Shown here one piece after another: positions 59,151 through 64,000 of a DNA stretch of 64,000 bases. The DNA is taken from IMG/VR virus record IMGVR_UViG_3300010347_002030. One strand, given 5' to 3'. The stretch is from a virus (Duplodnaviria; Caudoviricetes). Every line of letters starts with the position of its first letter. Positions within the stretch are counted from its first letter, which is position 1. A program made the translations under genes and the position numbers. The notes under the pieces are model-generated. The model had not been told where the DNA came from and searched no databases. It worked only from the letters and a program-made list of their open reading frames with translations.

Positions 59151-60111
59151 TACCTCCGTTGTAAATTACTGATACGCCCGATTCCTCGAAACTAAATTCC
59201 AAAATGTTATTTGCGAATATGTCGTAGAGCTTTTGTTTTGTAATTGGATTACAGAGAACCAATATAAACCCACAACCGCCCGCACCTAAAAGTTTCCAAC
59301 CACAGGCACCCATACTACGAATTTCATCAATGATTTTGTTGATTTTTCCTGTCGTGATGAACGGGGATATTCGTTGTTTCTCTTCCCAAGTAGCTCTCAA
59401 CAACTTTCCGATGCCTTCGATGTCTTCATTCAAAAAATATCTATGAGCTTCTTTGGCTATTTGAAGGATAGCTGTTTTATCTTTGTGTTCATGCGATTTG
59501 GCAATACTGTTTTGTTCTCTTTGGTCGTTGGTGTAAATCAAAAGCATGGACTTTTGAAGCTCTTCTCGAAATTCCTTGGTTACAGCTAGTGGTTTTACAA
59601 GAAAGTTTCCATTGGGTTGAATTTCAATGGTATTCAATCCTCCATAAGCAGGCCAAATCTGGTCTTGGATACCACCAGCCTCTCGTAAAATAACACGTTC
59701 AATATGAATAGCTTCATAAGCAAGTTCTTTAGGAGAGATTTCTACTTTTCCGAATACTTTGTTTAAAAGGTAAAGCATTCCAACACAAAAAGATGAAGAG
59801 CCACCCAGTCCCGTTCTCGAAGGTACATCCGAAAATGAGTTGAATTCGATGGTTTGGTCAATGTTTCGATATTTTAGTATTTCTCGAATCAGTGGGTTGT
59901 GAATCTCGTCCCAATTCTTAACGATTTGTTGTTGAGAGTAAGTAATAATGCTCTCTTGTGGTAGAATGGGTGGGCGTTTACGCATGGAAAGGTACACATT
60001 CTTATCAATCGTCGTCCCAATAAGGAAAGAGCCATGTTGTTCGTAGAATTCTTTGTAGTCCGTGGAACCTCCAAAGAACGAAATTCTAAATGGTGCCTTG
60101 ACTATAATCAT
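59074..60111 (-). CDS. GHMP kinase, D-glycero-D-manno-heptose-7-phosphate kinase (HddA-like)
   Basis: APFRISFFGGSTD, PSRTGLGGSSS, GIQDQ...YGGLN, KLLGAGGCG. Confidence 0.88.
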   Translation of the reverse strand: MIIVKAPFRISFFGGSTDYKEFYEQHGSFLIGTTIDKNVYLSMRKRPPILPQESIITYSQQQIVKNWDEIHNPLIREILKYRNIDQTIEFNSFSDVPSRTGLGGSSSFCVGMLYLLNKVFGKVEISPKELAYEAIHIERVILREAGGIQDQIWPAYGGLNTIEIQPNGNFLVKPLAVTKEFREELQKSMLLIYTNDQREQNSIAKSHEHKDKTAILQIAKEAHRYFLNEDIEGIGKLLRATWEEKQRISPFITTGKINKIIDEIRSMGACGWKLLGAGGCGFILVLCNPITKQKLYDIFANNILEFSFEESGVSVIYNGGNDDSRIQYFTNKNMLKTLSKNSPGA

Positions 60112-60494
60112 TTCTGTGAGTCTCCTTTCCAGACCCGGTAACTGTCGGAATCTTCATGATGAGTAGAAACCTCAAATATTACTCCATCAGTATTAGCAAT
60201 AAGTTGGTGTGGTTGTCCCGGTCTCTGCCGAACAATATCACCTACATTCAATGTAACTTCGTGAACATCGGCATTCGTCGTGTCAATCCACCGATAGAGA
60301 AAAATTCCATTTTGGACATACCACGTTTCATCTTTATTCATGTGGTAATGCATTGAAAATTTACATCCCTGTTTGAAGATAAGCAATTTGCCGCAATAGA
60401 GATCATTATTTTCAATGATGAGTTCTTCGCCCCATCCCTTCGGAACTTTGCAACCATGGCAAACTTCTGGTTTGATGCATTCGTTATTTTTCAT
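60108..60494 (-). CDS. Cupin (sugar-phosphate isomerase-like)
   Basis: VPKGWGEE, SMHYHMNKDETWY, PGQPHQL, EVST. Confidence 0.8.
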   Translation of the reverse strand: MKNNECIKPEVCHGCKVPKGWGEELIIENNDLYCGKLLIFKQGCKFSMHYHMNKDETWYVQNGIFLYRWIDTTNADVHEVTLNVGDIVRQRPGQPHQLIANTDGVIFEVSTHHEDSDSYRVWKGDSQK

Positions 60495-61020
60495 TATAAA
60501 AATCTCCCCATTCTACTAGGATGGTTGATTTACCGTCCGTTCTCGTATAAGCCTTTTCGTAAGCAGGAAAAATCTGATCTGGTTCATCTAATCGAATAAT
60601 TTCGACGTTTGGAGCCATCAAGCGAAAAGCTTCTGTGTAATCTCCGACGTGCTGATGTTGTGGGTGAAGAGGACGTTCTGAACCAATCGATGTTCGGATG
60701 ATGACTTTCGGACGATATGGAATATCTGCCATACCGGGAATCTTATCCAAATGATTTACTATTTGGTTTGTAGCGAGCAAAAGAAAGTTCCATCTGGGAT
60801 AAATTGATATAGGAATTAGTCCCTTGAGCGATAAACCGATACTCATTCCCATTTGCATGTCTTCTGTAACTGGCATTTCCAATAACTTGGCTCTATCCAC
60901 GTCTTTTAATGTGTTTGTCATTGCTGTTCCGGCATATTCCACTGCTTGACCGAGGAACATTGTATTATCTTTTTGTCCTAGCCATGTCATGGCTCTTTTT
61001 AATTCGTCAAAGTATTTCAT
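60484..61020 (-). CDS. TPP-dependent E1 beta / transketolase pyrimidine-binding domain protein
   Basis: FLGQAV, EMPVTEDMQMGMSIG, NQIVNH, HPQHQH; lacks the usual C-terminal domain. Confidence 0.85.
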   Translation of the reverse strand: MKYFDELKRAMTWLGQKDNTMFLGQAVEYAGTAMTNTLKDVDRAKLLEMPVTEDMQMGMSIGLSLKGLIPISIYPRWNFLLLATNQIVNHLDKIPGMADIPYRPKVIIRTSIGSERPLHPQHQHVGDYTEAFRLMAPNVEIIRLDEPDQIFPAYEKAYTRTDGKSTILVEWGDFYNEK

Positions 61021-61775
61021 AAAATTACTCCATAACTACAATTTGGATTTTCTTGAATAAGATGTTTCATGAGTTTGACATATGTTTCCCCGTCAACGTA
61101 GTCATAAGTTCGAATACAGTTGTTTTCTCCGAACCAATTTTGAAACCAACAACTATGTGGAGAATAAATGTTTGGATTGTGATGTGGAACTTTTTTGTGA
61201 ATGTATGCACCGAGCCAATGGTCAACATAATGGTGTTTTAGAGACGGATTGAAAAAGATTCCATCAAATTTTTCCTCTACGGTTTTTCTAGATACGAGAG
61301 GAAAACTAATAACTGGATAGTTGTAATCAAAAGTTTCGTTGGTTACTCCAGTTGTCCACCTAGAGGACCAACAGGCGTTTGGAAGCCCTTCGTTGTTGTG
61401 GTTTCTTCGCATATTATCAAACCACCCACCACCCAAATTGTAAACTTGATATTCCGCTTCTTTGACTTCTTGGCTTTCAAGAAGAATTAATAAACGATTA
61501 ATGTCAATTTTTAGGATATTATCATCGACGGCCACTGCAATCCATTCTCCGGAGCAATGTTTGTACCCTTTATTAAAAGCATAAGTTGACCCACTTTCCT
61601 TGTCGTCCACTACTAATTTTATATTTGGCGTCTCTAGGTTTTCAACTTGATCTATAATATATTGAGGAGCACAAATAACAAATTCATGCTCATGTGGACC
61701 CAATGCTTCTATAAACCGCAAGCATTCAAAGCCGACGTTCAAATCTCGTTTTGTTGCTATTAAATAGGATATCAT
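61017..61775 (-). CDS. Glycosyltransferase family 2-like
   Basis: ISYLIAT, GSTYAFNKGY...GEWIAVAVDD, HHYVDHW. Confidence 0.7.
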   Translation of the reverse strand: MISYLIATKRDLNVGFECLRFIEALGPHEHEFVICAPQYIIDQVENLETPNIKLVVDDKESGSTYAFNKGYKHCSGEWIAVAVDDNILKIDINRLLILLESQEVKEAEYQVYNLGGGWFDNMRRNHNNEGLPNACWSSRWTTGVTNETFDYNYPVISFPLVSRKTVEEKFDGIFFNPSLKHHYVDHWLGAYIHKKVPHHNPNIYSPHSCWFQNWFGENNCIRTYDYVDGETYVKLMKHLIQENPNCSYGVIL

Positions 61776-62419
61776 TAGAATTGAATGCGTTCGCCTGTTC
61801 CGGCGTGTGGATATTTGGTTTCGTATTTGTAATAAATGATTTTTTCCAGTTTCATCGTCTTATCCGAAGAAGAATTTAACCAATCTGCATTTGGCTCGTT
61901 TGAGAGTTGAGAAACACCCCATGTTTTTCTGGTGTCAGTACAAACTGATTTGCCGTTATCTTCAATAATCCAAGTGATGGGTAAATCGAAGTTGACAGAA
62001 TATTTCCAGTTTTCGTGAAAAGTTCCTGTTTCCGAAGTCATATCACCGACGAAGCAATAAACATGCTCATCGAGCTTTTGGCGTTTAATGGCTAATGCTA
62101 CGCCATTGGCTATTGGAATGTTTCCGGCTACGATAGCAGAAGAAAAGATTCGGAATTCGGGATAGTTTAGAGCAATAGAACGACCTTTTTTGATATCCGT
62201 TAATAGTTGTTCTGGTGGAACGCCTTTAAGAAGACATTGATAGTGAGACCTCCAAGAGCAGAACACCCAATCCTGTGGCCGAATATCATCAAATATTCGG
62301 ATCATCTGTTCTTCATTGCCATAATACAGATGAACGGGGGCACGAATTTCTTTGTTTTTCCAAGCTTCGCAAACTCGTTCTTCGAAACCGATTAAGTCTT
62401 GAGGCGTAAACTTTTTCAT
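61775..62419 (-). CDS. TPP-dependent E1 alpha subunit-like
   Basis: APVHLYYGNE, SWRSHY, TPP motif GDMTSETG...EDN. Confidence 0.88.
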   Translation of the reverse strand: MKKFTPQDLIGFEERVCEAWKNKEIRAPVHLYYGNEEQMIRIFDDIRPQDWVFCSWRSHYQCLLKGVPPEQLLTDIKKGRSIALNYPEFRIFSSAIVAGNIPIANGVALAIKRQKLDEHVYCFVGDMTSETGTFHENWKYSVNFDLPITWIIEDNGKSVCTDTRKTWGVSQLSNEPNADWLNSSSDKTMKLEKIIYYKYETKYPHAGTGERIQF

Positions 62420-62425
62420 GACAAC

Positions 62426-62600
62426 TTATTTTCTATTTTTCCATCCTTTTGATTTTACTAAATATGAGTCGCTTAGTTTCATATTCTCTTGCCTAGTTAC
62501 AAACTCAAGATTGTCTATTCTATTGTTTGAAATATCATTGTCTTTGTGGTTTATTTCCATATTCTGGAGTCCATCGTGGATAAAGAAGGGCGATTTTCAT
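62426..62600 (-). pseudogene. Deletion scar: truncated gene start fused to an HNH endonuclease 3' remnant
   Basis: 62600-62535 MKIALLYPRWTPEYGNKPQRQ*; 62560-62426 MEINHKDNDISNNRIDNLEFVTRQEN...*. Confidence 0.65.
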
Positions 62601-63556
62601 TACTGATATAGGTTCTTACGTTTCATCCAATCAATCATGTACTTCGTCGGGTCTTTGAAATACTCCATGACAACATCCATGAAATATTGGCGTGCTGCCT
62701 TCCCTTTTTCAACTAGTTCTGAATGTGGAGTCTGGGCGATTTTAAGAAGTTCTTTGTCCAGATGTTCATCTCCCAGTGTTGGGTCAATTTTGTAAAGAAA
62801 ACTAGTATCGTAATCACCTTCTTCCATTACCATTTGTTCTCCGATGATTACTGGGACTCTAGCAAAGAAACAGGTTTCATAAAAACGAATTGTTACCGAA
62901 GATACACCTTCGGGACAAAGGGAAATTAGGTTACGATAAAGTGATTCGATATACGCACTGACAGCGGGACTATCAAGACCTTTTCTTCCACCCCAAGAGG
63001 TATTTAAGGTAAATTCGTGTTTGACCCCTATGCGTTTGAGAGACTCATAAGTTCTAACTCTGGTATTGATTGGATCTGGTTGGCCACGAAAACCAAACGA
63101 TATGTCTTCTGGAAATTCGATTTCACCGCAATCTGGGTTGTTTTTTAAAAATGCCAGTAAACTGCTCATATTGGGTCTTGCCATGATGGGTTGAACCCAA
63201 TGAGCATACTTTGTCGGAGCACAACTTTTAATGGTCTTGTTAAGAACCCATGGATGGGCTATTTGGGCTCCACCGCCATGTCCCGGTATTGCACACCAGT
63301 CTCCTTCAAGGTCGAGGATATGCCGATGTTCATTTCCCGGCATAAAGGTAAATGAATCTTTCAGAATAGGGTGTTGTGGATTATCTATGTTACCATCCGA
63401 CACTTGACCCATGTAAAAGAATTCTGCTTGGTCTGGGTCATCAACAACGGTGCAATGACGTTTGATTCCATCTTTACTGAATGGTGTCGAATCAACGTAT
63501 TCAGGAATCAAGTCCTGACTATGCACCCACCCGTGTTTGTAAATGTAGAGTTTCAT
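62600..63556 (-). CDS. Exostosin/GT47-like glycosyltransferase
   Basis: VDDPDQAEFFY, FGFRG, SLCPEG...RFYETCFFARVPVII. Confidence 0.75.
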   Translation of the reverse strand: MKLYIYKHGWVHSQDLIPEYVDSTPFSKDGIKRHCTVVDDPDQAEFFYMGQVSDGNIDNPQHPILKDSFTFMPGNEHRHILDLEGDWCAIPGHGGGAQIAHPWVLNKTIKSCAPTKYAHWVQPIMARPNMSSLLAFLKNNPDCGEIEFPEDISFGFRGQPDPINTRVRTYESLKRIGVKHEFTLNTSWGGRKGLDSPAVSAYIESLYRNLISLCPEGVSSVTIRFYETCFFARVPVIIGEQMVMEEGDYDTSFLYKIDPTLGDEHLDKELLKIAQTPHSELVEKGKAARQYFMDVVMEYFKDPTKYMIDWMKRKNLYQ

Positions 63557-64000
63557 TCAATGGTTGTTTCGCAGGGGATTTTGTTGTAATCCAGAACCGA
63601 TGGCTTCAAAAAGAGATTGTCACGAATAAAATCTTTGAGTTTCGGATTTTTTGGAAATCCTTCCTCATCATAAAGAGAGGGATCATGCATCATAATGTTT
63701 CCACATTCTTCATAACCCATTCCTAATGCTTTGGCTTCGTCGGTTATGAGGCAAGTATGAACGTCCACTCCATTGTAGAGGTTATTCCATGTTTTTCCAA
63801 AAGGACCGTGTTCATCAAATGCAACTGTTCTTGCTTTAATGGGATCACCATAGCCTTCCATTGGGCGGTCAATAGACTTATAGTGTTCCAATACAATATT
63901 TGGAACCACTACCCATTTAAGCCTCAAAGCTGCGTTCAAAAACGAAAATGTCGATTCGGTGCAATGGGCTTTGAAGATATCCGGCATCAAACCACCATAT
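63553..64000 (-). CDS. Divergent GT-like protein, C-terminal part (truncated by window)
   Basis: PDIFKAHCTESTFSF...WNNL...GYEE...HDP paralogous to 52960..53892. Confidence 0.6.
   Translation of the reverse strand, partial: YGGLMPDIFKAHCTESTFSFLNAALRLKWVVVPNIVLEHYKSIDRPMEGYGDPIKARTVAFDEHGPFGKTWNNLYNGVDVHTCLITDEAKALGMGYEECGNIMMHDPSLYDEEGFPKNPKLKDFIRDNLFLKPSVLDYNKIPCETTIE

Noticed and set aside
60484-62419. Pyruvate dehydrogenase as a central-metabolism auxiliary gene
   Set aside because: Subunits are truncated, E2/E3 are absent here, and the context is a nucleotide-sugar operon
1-64000. Stop-codon reassignment, as in some large phages
   Set aside because: Conserved genes are full-length in code 11 and TAA, TGA and TAG all end genes

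Overview
This window is a 64 kb segment of a large contractile-tailed (T4-like/jumbo-type) bacteriophage genome in standard genetic code; I saw no tRNA, rRNA or CRISPR array. Left to right: (1) the end of a tail-fibre region; (2) a tail module (1086-aa sheath, tube, tail-assembly chaperone pair with a U7 slippery site, tape measure, baseplate proteins), interrupted by a ~9 kb block bracketed by two paralogous nuclease+GNAT-like genes; this block holds a promoter-facing heptamer array (origin candidate), a 5'-nucleotidase and a pol-beta-type nucleotidyltransferase; (3) a replication/recombination module (thumb-less family A polymerase, gp32-like SSB, UvsX/RecA, RNase H/FEN, gp41-like helicase, intein-containing class II RNR, clamp-loader small subunit, dNMP kinase) plus a MoxR AAA+/VWA pair; (4) an intact IS200/IS605 element (tnpA+tnpB); (5) a >15 kb minus-strand nucleotide-sugar/glycosyltransferase cluster (RmlB, RfbH/DdhC, RmlC, Gmd-like, heptose kinase, split TPP-dependent E1 alpha/beta, B12 radical SAM, about 6 GT-like genes) that runs off the window end. 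Two promoter classes are visible: sigma70-like TTGACA-17-TAnnnT and a phage late motif TATTTAT(A/C). The best candidates for an undescribed system are the phage-encoded complex-sugar pathway, a set of late proteins sharing a putative head-packaging/protease signal (including the nucleotidyltransferase), the thumb-less PolA, the origin-like array and ORF-less late-promoter transcripts. All protein calls come from motif recognition by eye, not database searches.
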